DNA of 64,000 bases from Candidatus Thorarchaeota archaeon (GTDB lineage Archaea; Asgardarchaeota; Thorarchaeia; Thorarchaeales; Thorarchaeaceae): the NCBI GenBank assembly GCA_016933575.1, contig JAFGAR010000101.1:129296-193295 (forward strand), read 5' to 3'. Below, in pieces: positions 1 to 9,055 of the stretch. A program made the translations under genes and the position numbers. The notes below the pieces were generated by a model, which saw only the letters and a program-made list of their open reading frames with translations, did no database searches and was not told the origin of the DNA. Position 1 is the first letter of the stretch; the number at the start of each line of letters is the position of its first letter.

Positions 1-2
1 CT

Positions 3-3000
3 AATGGTCGTTTCTGGGGTCAGCACACTAATTTTGAAACAAGATGGTCAAGTAATAGACTAGTTATTGATTGGGGCGGCGACACAACTCTCCAAGGCAC
101 TAAGAACAATTGGATTGTTGATAAATGGTATTTCATTGCCATCACTTGGAATCAAGACACCAATTCTCTGGGAATATACTGGGGCGATGAAGAATTACTA
201 CCCATTGAAGACGCATCTTCCTCAATATGGACTGGATCTGTCATCGGTTTACTTTCAGAGAACGATATAATGTGTTCTAGAGGTTCAACCAGTTATCGAG
301 TTGATGGTCACGTAGACGATTTTAGATACTATTCCGTAGAACGAAGTATTGATGATTTGCAGAGTGATTACAAAACACCATTGATTGGCGATGAGCCATA
401 TCTTGAGCATTACTATAATTTTGAGAATAATCTTCTGGATTCTGCTGGTACTTCCAATTTAATGCAGAGCGGGACTACATTCTTCAGTCAGGATGTGGTC
501 TACGAAGTAGGTGGATGGCAAGGGGAGCAGATTGAAGTTGATATTCAAGAATTACACAGTCTTTATGCATTGTATGGCTCTTTTGAAACGGGTCTGCCCG
601 GAACGAATGTGGACTGGAATGGAGATGGAACATACTATGCAAACGGATGGCGAGCTCGTCGAGATGTTATAACTTACCAAGGAAGACAAAGGACATCATA
701 TACTAGTACAGGTTCTAAATATATCACTCTTGAAAATGAAGGCTATGAAGATCCCAGCTCCCCCAATGCTTATCGTCATTATAACAGCACATACATCTAT
801 TGGTACCAGAATATCGACAACTCTGACCAAGCAGAAGAATTCGAATTTAGCATGAGCTATCTCTATCAGAGAGGTCCCATTGGGTCTAATTTCTCTGGTA
901 ATTTCATGTTTAGTTTTGAGATCTTTAATGGTTCCTTACTTCTCTGGAATTGGTCCATTGACCCAACAGAGATCTCACAGAGAGGTTTGTGGTATGTACT
1001 CAATCCAATACCTGTAGAACTTCCTAGTCTCCTTTCATCCTTTCAAGCACGAATAAGTTTGAACGTAAACACAAGCTCGTCATATATTGAAATTCCCGAT
1101 GACGATTCCGATTTGGATGGGGATTCAGCGAATGGTATGTTCATCACTTTTCAGGTTGATGATATTTCCTTAATTTCAGTGAACACTCCCAGTTTTGAAA
1201 GCGTTGAACTAGAAATAGACACCCCTCCTTTAGGTACAATTCCCGTCAATGGATCAACTGGTTCGACTACTATATTACTGAATTACAGCTACTGGGATAA
1301 GGCAGCAATTCCCTTTAGCTTCTCATCAAATTCGAGCATCTCATTCGAGTTCTCTGCACGAGTCAGTATTATGTCCAGATACTCCAACTCAACATTTTCG
1401 CAGAATCTTGAGCATCATGGAATTGCTTATGATATCGAGCTTAATCAGAATGCTTCGCTGTCATTCTACACCTATATGCCATCTTACTCTGGTGTTACTG
1501 ATATTGGCTTCATAGTATCTTTTCCCAAAGATTGGAGTGATCCGCTCGTTGAAGATCCTTTTGGCCACGATGTATCTGACATAATGGAATGGAATTGTGG
1601 ATGTATTGAAGCTCCTCCAGGTAGTGTGGGCTTTGTTGGTTGGTGGAAAATCAGTCTGAATGGACCTAACTATGCAAAGTCATTAGCCACTGAGCAGCAT
1701 ACTTGTACTTCATGGGTGACTTCAGCAGGCTATAGAAGTAATGATCAACTTCGGACTAGAGCAGTAATTGGTAGCAGTACAAGCTATCCAAAAGATGTAA
1801 TCGACGCAGAATTTGTCTGGTATAATCCATCAGGTAACCCTTGGTATTCCTGTATCAGCAGTAGCTCCAATACTTCGACGGTAATAAGTAGTAGCACCAC
1901 TTTCGGTGCAAATAACGCATCTGTGGGCATCTGGTCGATAACATTGTTTTGGAATAATGGTACAGAGATTGGTTTCGGATTAACACAGTTCCAGCTCTTT
2001 CATCGGCTAACAATTTTTCCACAAACTCCAAGTTTTGAAATCGAACCTGGTGAATCATTCACTGCGGCTATTTTTCTTTATGACCATGACAATGGAAATC
2101 CCATTCTGAGTGATGCTACTATTGTTGGTAATTGGTCGACAGAAACTATTCAATTCAACCCCAACTTAGCAAAAGGATGGTGGGAGGCTGATTTCAATTC
2201 ATCAGCAATTGGCACTGGTGACTTTGTCGTTGTGATCTTTGTTACACTAGATTTCTATGAGACTGAAAGCTGCACAATTAATCTTCAGATTCCTCTGGCA
2301 GAATCTCTGGCTATGATTACACTGCGTGCAAGCATCTTAGGTGCAATTTCAGTAGCAGTGTTTTTTGCAGTATTGATGGGCAGTAGAAGATTATATTTGA
2401 CTACGAAGACAAGAAGGCGTCTGGAACTACTTGAGCTTAAAGCTCGACTTGAAGATGCAAAGAACATAATTGGCCTTTTGGTCATTCATCGCTCCATGGG
2501 ACTCTCAATATACTCAAGGATTATCAAGGGTGGATTTGAAGAGTCTATGTTGAGTTCTTTTATTTCCGCACTCTCACAATTTAGAGCTGAATTTTCATGG
2601 GACGAACCAAAACTAACTGCTATCCCAATAACCGAAGTCATCACAGCTGTACTTACTGATACTATGATTTGCGCGTTAATAACGGTAGAAAACGCATCTG
2701 ACAATCTAAAAACTCAACTTGAATCATTTGGGAGAGAGATGGGCTCGTCATATGATGAGGATGATGCTACACTGCAAAAGATGGCTAAGATGTCGAACAT
2801 GAATGAATCAATAGATAGAGTATTCGAAACTCATTTTGATTGCCCATTAATGGATCGTTATATTGGAATAAAGACTGACATTCCAAAGCATCTCATGCTA
2901 CTATCCGACCTTTTTGAAACAGTGGATGTTGATACTGGCCTGTTGCCCGATGCTATGATTAAATCAATAATCGTGCTCGGTCAGAGTGAAAAACGCGCGT

Positions 3001-3086
3001 ATGAACTCGTCTTTGAAGCAATTGACCAAGGATATCTTATAGTAGCTGAGCAAGAGCCTCCATCAACCACGAGCTCTAAGACCTGA
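3..3086 (+). CDS. Single-pass surface protein, 5'-truncated by the window edge: LamG/ConA-like domain, beta-rich/Ig-like ectodomain, TM helix, cytoplasmic longin/roadblock-like domain
   Basis: The frame of ORF 270..3086 is open back to nt 3 (NGRFWGQHTNFETRW...KWYFIAITWNQ...GHVDDFRYY), a LamG-like pattern. Many N-x-S/T sequons. TM ILGAISVAVFFAVLMG followed by a basic stretch, then IIGLLVIHRSMGLSIYSR...MLSSFISALSQFRAE (longin-like). Confidence 0.8.
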   Translation, partial: NGRFWGQHTNFETRWSSNRLVIDWGGDTTLQGTKNNWIVDKWYFIAITWNQDTNSLGIYWGDEELLPIEDASSSIWTGSVIGLLSENDIMCSRGSTSYRVDGHVDDFRYYSVERSIDDLQSDYKTPLIGDEPYLEHYYNFENNLLDSAGTSNLMQSGTTFFSQDVVYEVGGWQGEQIEVDIQELHSLYALYGSFETGLPGTNVDWNGDGTYYANGWRARRDVITYQGRQRTSYTSTGSKYITLENEGYEDPSSPNAYRHYNSTYIYWYQNIDNSDQAEEFEFSMSYLYQRGPIGSNFSGNFMFSFEIFNGSLLLWNWSIDPTEISQRGLWYVLNPIPVELPSLLSSFQARISLNVNTSSSYIEIPDDDSDLDGDSANGMFITFQVDDISLISVNTPSFESVELEIDTPPLGTIPVNGSTGSTTILLNYSYWDKAAIPFSFSSNSSISFEFSARVSIMSRYSNSTFSQNLEHHGIAYDIELNQNASLSFYTYMPSYSGVTDIGFIVSFPKDWSDPLVEDPFGHDVSDIMEWNCGCIEAPPGSVGFVGWWKISLNGPNYAKSLATEQHTCTSWVTSAGYRSNDQLRTRAVIGSSTSYPKDVIDAEFVWYNPSGNPWYSCISSSSNTSTVISSSTTFGANNASVGIWSITLFWNNGTEIGFGLTQFQLFHRLTIFPQTPSFEIEPGESFTAAIFLYDHDNGNPILSDATIVGNWSTETIQFNPNLAKGWWEADFNSSAIGTGDFVVVIFVTLDFYETESCTINLQIPLAESLAMITLRASILGAISVAVFFAVLMGSRRLYLTTKTRRRLELLELKARLEDAKNIIGLLVIHRSMGLSIYSRIIKGGFEESMLSSFISALSQFRAEFSWDEPKLTAIPITEVITAVLTDTMICALITVENASDNLKTQLESFGREMGSSYDEDDATLQKMAKMSNMNESIDRVFETHFDCPLMDRYIGIKTDIPKHLMLLSDLFETVDVDTGLLPDAMIKSIIVLGQSEKRAYELVFEAIDQGYLIVAEQEPPSTTSSKT

Positions 3087-3155
3087 ATCCACTCCTAAAA
3101 ATTGCCAACATGGGTCAAAGACTCGTATTTATCAATGTAATATGAAAACTGGAGA

Positions 3156-4292
3156 TTGGTTGCAGCCTCAATGGAAGACATAGTTATTAGATATTGGAGC
3201 CCCCATGGAAGACAAGAGGAAACAAAGTTTCAAAGCAGTCACTCTAAAATTGATCTGGTCATGCGGGCTGCTCAGAGGGTTGATTTACAGAACATTACGA
3301 ATTGCACCAATTTGGAAGTACTTGATCTCTCCAATAATATGCTTGATGAAATAGACCTCTCTCCATTATCTATGTGTTCAAAACTTGTAGAACTTAGATT
3401 GAAAAATAACCATCTTACACATCTCAATCTCTGGCCTCTAGTTGATTCTACAAGCCTTAAAGAAATTGATATATCTAATAACAGAATTCATGGTCTTGAT
3501 TTAACACCTATCTTTCTAAAATCCCGTGTGCGCATGGATGCATCTGTAGTTGTTTCAGCCGATTACATTCTTCGTTTTCTTTTTGCTAGTGAATCTCTTA
3601 CTAGTTCCTTCCATCTCATTAGACCCGATGGAGCACCATGGACCGCTCCACCTGTGATCATCTGGAATACCTATGTAGACCTTTCAAAAACATTGCTTTG
3701 GCGGATAATCTATCCAAGAATAGAATCAGTACTTGCAATGGTATCCAAAGACAAGTGGTTTGGTGCACAAAGAGGATTGTTGGAGGGGATTGGCATAGGC
3801 GAACTTGCAGGATATGATGGCAATCCTAACAATCTCCTCGATAATGTTGACTCATCTGTTTCTTTTGAAGAAGCCAGACACATGATATTTGATAATGCAG
3901 TAGAACTTCTAGATGAACAGATCGAGAACAATGGTCCTACATTGTTCCTTGATATTGAACATCTGAAACGGACAAGAGCCTCGAAATTGATACCTCATAT
4001 TGTAGAAAGACGAAAACGAGAGATTGAAGAAATTACAATTCAAATGAAGGGTAGTAAGGTGTTTCTGCATCCATTATTACTTACATACTATGGCTATTCC
4101 ATTATGAAAGCCACTGGTTCTGGATTGATAACAGATTCCAATGGTTTCAATATCATCAAAAATGCATTCCGAGAATTGGATATTGAGATTATAACAAAGA
4201 AAGTCGTTTCCGTAAATAGGTCCTATCTGGGAATCGCATCAAAGAGCATGTATAACCATGTTGTAGATTTCTTTGAAGGTCGGTTCGACTAA
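3156..4292 (+). CDS. Leucine-rich repeat protein (N-terminal LRRs plus unknown C-terminal domain)
   Basis: LxxLxLxxNxL repeats (LEVLDLSNNMLDEIDLSPL, LVELRLKNNHL, LKEIDISNNRI). Start may be ATG 3171. Confidence 0.85.
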   Translation: MVAASMEDIVIRYWSPHGRQEETKFQSSHSKIDLVMRAAQRVDLQNITNCTNLEVLDLSNNMLDEIDLSPLSMCSKLVELRLKNNHLTHLNLWPLVDSTSLKEIDISNNRIHGLDLTPIFLKSRVRMDASVVVSADYILRFLFASESLTSSFHLIRPDGAPWTAPPVIIWNTYVDLSKTLLWRIIYPRIESVLAMVSKDKWFGAQRGLLEGIGIGELAGYDGNPNNLLDNVDSSVSFEEARHMIFDNAVELLDEQIENNGPTLFLDIEHLKRTRASKLIPHIVERRKREIEEITIQMKGSKVFLHPLLLTYYGYSIMKATGSGLITDSNGFNIIKNAFRELDIEIITKKVVSVNRSYLGIASKSMYNHVVDFFEGRFD

Positions 4293-4372
4293 TAGGATGA
4301 TAAATTACCTTCTTCGACAGTTTAAATTATAGAGATGTCCGAATACAGAGTTCACTGGAAGTGCTCATATCT

Positions 4373-4969
4373 ATGGCAAACGACAAGAAGATATTCTCAA
4401 CACCTCTTGTAAAAGTCAAGATTAGTAGATTTCGAGCTCCAAATATCTGTCCCGTCTGTGGTGCACCTTCAACGCACACCACAATGATATCAACCAAACC
4501 TACAAACAAGGTATGGTTACGGCCATCGTGGAATCCTGGTTATAGTCCTACCAGTAGAAGGAGATATGGAATCTCTCAACCACAATCAAAGATCTTTCTC
4601 ATCGATGTATGTGATGAGCATTATTTCACAGATGATGCAAATCTCCGTTTTCGAGGATTTACGATGTGTCTCGCAGCACTACTTATCGGTATGTCTGTTT
4701 TTGCACTGATGTTCGCAGGGTATGACTTGTCAGCAGGACATGGAATTCATCCTTTGTCGTACCTTTACATTGTTGTACTGAGTCTCTCCATAATCCTAGG
4801 TTTCTTTGCATTTCGTCCAACTGCTCTTGAATCTGCTTTCAGAATTATTGGTTTTGATTTTGATGTGCAATATGTATGGTTAGAATTGAAGAATCCTAAT
4901 TATCGACATAAATTCATTGAAGAAAATAAAGCTGGTGCTGAACTAGTTACTTGGATTGTAAAAGCTTGA
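4373..4969 (+). CDS. Membrane protein with putative Zn-binding N-terminus (CPVC...CDEH) and 2 TM helices
   Basis: CxxC and CxxH motifs, two hydrophobic helices. ORF track starts at GTG 4361; first ATG is 4373. Confidence 0.7.
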   Translation: MANDKKIFSTPLVKVKISRFRAPNICPVCGAPSTHTTMISTKPTNKVWLRPSWNPGYSPTSRRRYGISQPQSKIFLIDVCDEHYFTDDANLRFRGFTMCLAALLIGMSVFALMFAGYDLSAGHGIHPLSYLYIVVLSLSIILGFFAFRPTALESAFRIIGFDFDVQYVWLELKNPNYRHKFIEENKAGAELVTWIVKA

Positions 4970-4970
4970 A

Positions 4971-6407
4971 CTATTTTTCTCTCTGTTCCTTAATCTTGTA
5001 GTAACGGCACACTCTCGCAAGTGCATTTACGGCCTCACTAATATTTCGGAAAACTGGTAACCCTGCGTCAACAAAGACTTGCCAAGCCTCAGCTCGTGGA
5101 ATAGGGTATGCGATATCTGGAATCGCAACAAGAACTGGTTTCTTTAGTTTATCAACTACATATTTGCCTGCCTTTGCCATAGCTCTCCAATAGTCGACTA
5201 AGGAGTCCTGAGCATCCATAATAGACGCAACTTGATGCATATTGTGAACATCAGCTTCGAAGATTAATGATGAGAATCGCGGTTCTTCTCCAACTATCTG
5301 TATGACTTCAGATGTTGTCTGGTCCTGATAATAGTCTGCCGCTAAGTCTATGGGATTTCCCAATCCTGTACCCACATCTCGAATGAGTGGTTCAAGTCTC
5401 TCAAGTGTTTCTTTTGACGTCGGAGGAACTAATAATCCACTCTCAATACAGAGATCAGTATAGATAACACTCGTTCCACCACTAATAGCTACAAGTCCAA
5501 CAGCTTCAGTTTTAGGTTGTGGGCTAAGAGAAAAGATACTAAGTGTCGCAATAAGATCTTCAAGCGTATTTACAGTCAGTACATTCGCCTGATGAAATGC
5601 TGCTGCCCATATTTCTCTATTCCCAGCCAATGCTCCTGTATGAGATGAAGCCGCCCGTGATCCCTCAATAGATCTTCCACCCTTAAGTACAACCAGTGGT
5701 TTTTTCTTAGCAGCACTAATCATAGCCTCAAGAATTTCACGACCGTTCTTTGCACCTTCGATGTAAGCTCCAATTGCCTTTGTTTTTGTGTCGTCTCCTA
5801 AATAGTCCAAGAGTTCTTGTGGTCGAATATCTACTTGGTTTCCAAAACTGAATACCTTACTAAAACCGACTCCGGCCTCAACTCCTGATGTATAGGTAGC
5901 AATCGCTACGCCTCCTGATTGAGAGAGAAAACCAACATCTCCTGCCAGTCTCTTTACGGTGGGCATAAAAGCGAAGCCTAGTTCAGGAAACATGAGTCCC
6001 ATACAATTCGGACCAAACGCGCGCATTTCCAATCCATCAAGAATATTCTGAACCTCTATTTCTCGCTGCCGCCCTTCATCAGTCCCAAGTTCTGAAAATC
6101 CACTTGTGAATATCGTTACACCTTTAGCTCCTTTCTCATGGCATTCTTTCAAAGTCTGTGGGACGTATTTGTAAGGTACCGCTATGATGGCATAGTCAAT
6201 ATTCTCCGGTATTTCTGAGAGGTCTGTGTATATCTTGTGACCCATGACCTCTCCGCCACGTTTTGAAACTAACCAGATCCTAAGTTCATGATCCCATTGT
6301 AACATAGAATGAACCCAATAATAGCCAAGCTTCGCTGAAACTCCAACTATGGCAACTGATTGTATCTTGAGCATTTCTTCAATAGTTGGTCGTTTCTTCT
6401 GTTTCAT
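4971..6407 (-). CDS. acdA: Acyl-CoA synthetase (NDP-forming) / acetate-CoA ligase alpha subunit
   Basis: CoA-binding domain (VAIVGVS, DYAIIAVP), SGFSELG, GPNCMG, SQSGG, phospho-His motif SHTGALAG, NPIDL. Confidence 0.85.
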   Translation of the reverse strand: MKQKKRPTIEEMLKIQSVAIVGVSAKLGYYWVHSMLQWDHELRIWLVSKRGGEVMGHKIYTDLSEIPENIDYAIIAVPYKYVPQTLKECHEKGAKGVTIFTSGFSELGTDEGRQREIEVQNILDGLEMRAFGPNCMGLMFPELGFAFMPTVKRLAGDVGFLSQSGGVAIATYTSGVEAGVGFSKVFSFGNQVDIRPQELLDYLGDDTKTKAIGAYIEGAKNGREILEAMISAAKKKPLVVLKGGRSIEGSRAASSHTGALAGNREIWAAAFHQANVLTVNTLEDLIATLSIFSLSPQPKTEAVGLVAISGGTSVIYTDLCIESGLLVPPTSKETLERLEPLIRDVGTGLGNPIDLAADYYQDQTTSEVIQIVGEEPRFSSLIFEADVHNMHQVASIMDAQDSLVDYWRAMAKAGKYVVDKLKKPVLVAIPDIAYPIPRAEAWQVFVDAGLPVFRNISEAVNALARVCRYYKIKEQREK

Positions 6408-6497
6408 CTGGCTAGCTCCGCGTTAAGCGACGAAAATAGTCTTCGATTTAAGACTACCTGATTGGTGTAATGATTAGAAAAACAAGGGTGAGGAGAG

Positions 6498-6607
6498 GCG
6501 TCGGTTGATTTCGAGGACTCGAGGAGTTAAAGTCTGCCTGCGGAAACAGACTTGGACCTGGGAGGGTTTCCATGAAGTCAATGTTCGATTTTATAACTAA
6601 CCGACGC
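6498..6607 (-). ncRNA. Candidate structured RNA (~110 nt, multi-branched), family unknown
   Basis: GC-rich island in an AT-rich spacer. 9-bp closing stem GCGTCGGTT/AACCGACGC (6498-6506/6599-6607) and inner 9-bp stem (6530-6538/6545-6553) whose G-U pairs favour the minus strand. A pyrimidine tract follows on the minus strand. Confidence 0.4.
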
Positions 6608-6701
6608 ACTTATTGTTATATACTATTAACATATAATATATAGTATGTTGGTATATATCATACCAGTGTAATACGTATACCGTTCGATTAATACGTCTAA
6701 A

Positions 6702-8870
6702 ATGCAGGGCAGAAACATGCGTCGCGCCTGGGTTTCAATGATTGTTGTATTCTTTCTTACTGTTCTTGTATCTGCACCATCAACTAATTCTACTATTTCG
6801 CCATCATATTCGGATCCTAACATCCGGGGACAGATTACTTTCTCTATTGAGAGAAACTGGACTGCGAATATAGTCCTTGTGAATTATGATGATTCCATAA
6901 TCGACAAATCTGTTCTTCTATCAGGTTTGCCAACAGAGAGAGTGTATGCAACATCGATGGGCTACATCAAGTACTGGATTGAATACAATGTGTATTTTGC
7001 CAGCTCATTATTCGTTACGCAACTCACAGATGTTATTCTGGATAACTCCATGAATGGCACTGATACTGGAACCTGTGTAAATGAAACTTCCTTATTATAT
7101 CAACAGGCAAATCCGGATGAACCACAGACTATCTTCTATTCTCGTGATGGACGTAAGATTGATGGATATGTAATTGAGGATTGGCTTGAAGATAATCCTG
7201 TTATCGATCCTCCAGATCTTGGATATACGCTATATCTGTTCAATTTCTCCTCTCTAGATAGCTCAGGTCATTCTCTTGAACATTGGTATGATTATCACCC
7301 AATTGATCCTGATACTGGGCAATCTCAAAACTGGTTTAGATTAGAATGGGACAATGAACTGAATCCTGATGTTTCTCTGGACTATCCTTTCTTTGGTGGA
7401 CGGTATAATTCATTCATTGTTGACCCAAGCGCCCATCAATGGTACCTGAAATGGTGCCGAATCTGGTGGAGTTCATCTATTAGCACTGAATACAATTTCT
7501 GGACGAAGGACCTTGAAGATATTCTCTCAGAGATTGATGTAGAATCGCCAGCTGGTATTACTGCTCTGAATGTGTATCTACGTGAATGTATCTGGGATCC
7601 TATAACACAGTTGTTTTTCCCATATCAACACCAACCTGCAAAGTATGTTGAATCTGGTCTTTTGAGGTCTCTTGTTTTCTGTATGGATGTTGATGAAGGA
7701 ATCTCAATTGATAGCTTAACATGGATTACAGATGCAGAGATGCAAAAGACCCATCTTGAGGAGTTGTATCCTTTCATAACTTGGGATGTGCAGGTAGACT
7801 TCCTTGACATTGATGACCATCTTGATTGGAATAATACGTTCTGGGCTGATGCTATAGTGGAACCTAATGGTACAGTGATTGCAGATGGATACAATATGTT
7901 CTATGCAATCTATGATGATATGAGACCTTTGTATATTGATGTTGATGATGAAAATATCAATGTCTTTGGAGTGGTCTTCATAAAACAACAAATGGAGATG
8001 CATTACTTTGGTCTGGCGTACACCGGACTTGGTGGTGGTGGTCAGACTGTCATTTGGAAATCGCATGAGCGATATTATCGTCCTGATGGTGTGACTCAAA
8101 AAGATGGTATTTCATCAGTTCAACTTCATGAGACCATGCATGCAGTCGGATTTCATCACACTTGGCAGCATGAGCACTACGCTAGTGATTTTTGTTATAG
8201 TCCGATGGGTTATTTTGCATTCCATAATGGGACATCAACTTTTGACAAGAACTGGGTGCAAGGAACATACCTTGATCAGATGGAAATCGAGCTCTTTGAG
8301 AACTTCACTACAGAACAGGAAAATGTTGGTCCGGATGAACGTGCCGAGACGTATCTAGCTGAGAGTAATGCAATATCCAGTTTTAACAGAGTGAGGACAC
8401 TGTATGATAAAATGGACTGGTTGGGGGCTTTTGATGCTCTCTGTGATGCTCGAGACTGGACTCGACGTATGAAGTTTTCAATGCTAGACACAACCCCTCC
8501 CATAATCAATGACTGGAGCATCACACAAACAACATCAGGAGCTTTCAGTCTTTGGGCAGATATCGCTGATGATCTATCAGGGATTGAGAATGTAAGTATC
8601 TACTATCAGGTAGATGGAGCTGTCCAAGAGTATTCGGCTGCATGTGTTTACAATGGGAGTCACTGGATAGGTACTATTTCATCTACATCTGCAAGTCAAT
8701 CTATTATTTCTTGGATCAAAGTCTGGGATTGGGGTATGAACTCCGCAGAGAGTGAAAGAATTAGATGGACTGTGGCTGCAGCTGCGCCTCCTTGGTATTT
8801 GTATATCTTGCTCTTCACCGGAGTCGCTTTAGTTGCAATAGTCATTATCTTTGTTATTAGGCGTAGATAA
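6702..8870 (+). CDS. Membrane-anchored extracellular zinc metalloprotease (metzincin-like)
   Basis: Signal peptide, HETMHAVGFHH (HExxHxxGxxH), Met-turn SPMGY, C-terminal Ig-like module, TM helix and RRR. Confidence 0.8.
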   Translation: MQGRNMRRAWVSMIVVFFLTVLVSAPSTNSTISPSYSDPNIRGQITFSIERNWTANIVLVNYDDSIIDKSVLLSGLPTERVYATSMGYIKYWIEYNVYFASSLFVTQLTDVILDNSMNGTDTGTCVNETSLLYQQANPDEPQTIFYSRDGRKIDGYVIEDWLEDNPVIDPPDLGYTLYLFNFSSLDSSGHSLEHWYDYHPIDPDTGQSQNWFRLEWDNELNPDVSLDYPFFGGRYNSFIVDPSAHQWYLKWCRIWWSSSISTEYNFWTKDLEDILSEIDVESPAGITALNVYLRECIWDPITQLFFPYQHQPAKYVESGLLRSLVFCMDVDEGISIDSLTWITDAEMQKTHLEELYPFITWDVQVDFLDIDDHLDWNNTFWADAIVEPNGTVIADGYNMFYAIYDDMRPLYIDVDDENINVFGVVFIKQQMEMHYFGLAYTGLGGGGQTVIWKSHERYYRPDGVTQKDGISSVQLHETMHAVGFHHTWQHEHYASDFCYSPMGYFAFHNGTSTFDKNWVQGTYLDQMEIELFENFTTEQENVGPDERAETYLAESNAISSFNRVRTLYDKMDWLGAFDALCDARDWTRRMKFSMLDTTPPIINDWSITQTTSGAFSLWADIADDLSGIENVSIYYQVDGAVQEYSAACVYNGSHWIGTISSTSASQSIISWIKVWDWGMNSAESERIRWTVAAAAPPWYLYILLFTGVALVAIVIIFVIRRR

Positions 8871-9055
8871 AAGTAAGACATAAGGATAGCACGAGTTCGC
8901 AAAAACGACATTCATATTACTGACGATTTTTCGAGAGAGATTCAATTTTTCGAAAGGGATTCAATCAGCATCTATTCATATAGTAGAAGGCACAACACTC
9001 CACTGTCAATAGCATAGGTGTAACTATAGCTATGACCATGTAGGAGACCATCCAA

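Noticed and set aside
67-270. 67-aa ORF, and ATG 270 as the start of the first large gene
   Set aside because: The frame of 270..3086 is open from nt 3 with LamG-like sequence, so the 67-aa ORF is an off-frame shadow and the true start lies outside the window.
8927-8955. TTTTTCGA repeated twice / weak inverted repeat before the giant genes
   Set aside because: Too short and AT-rich to separate from chance.
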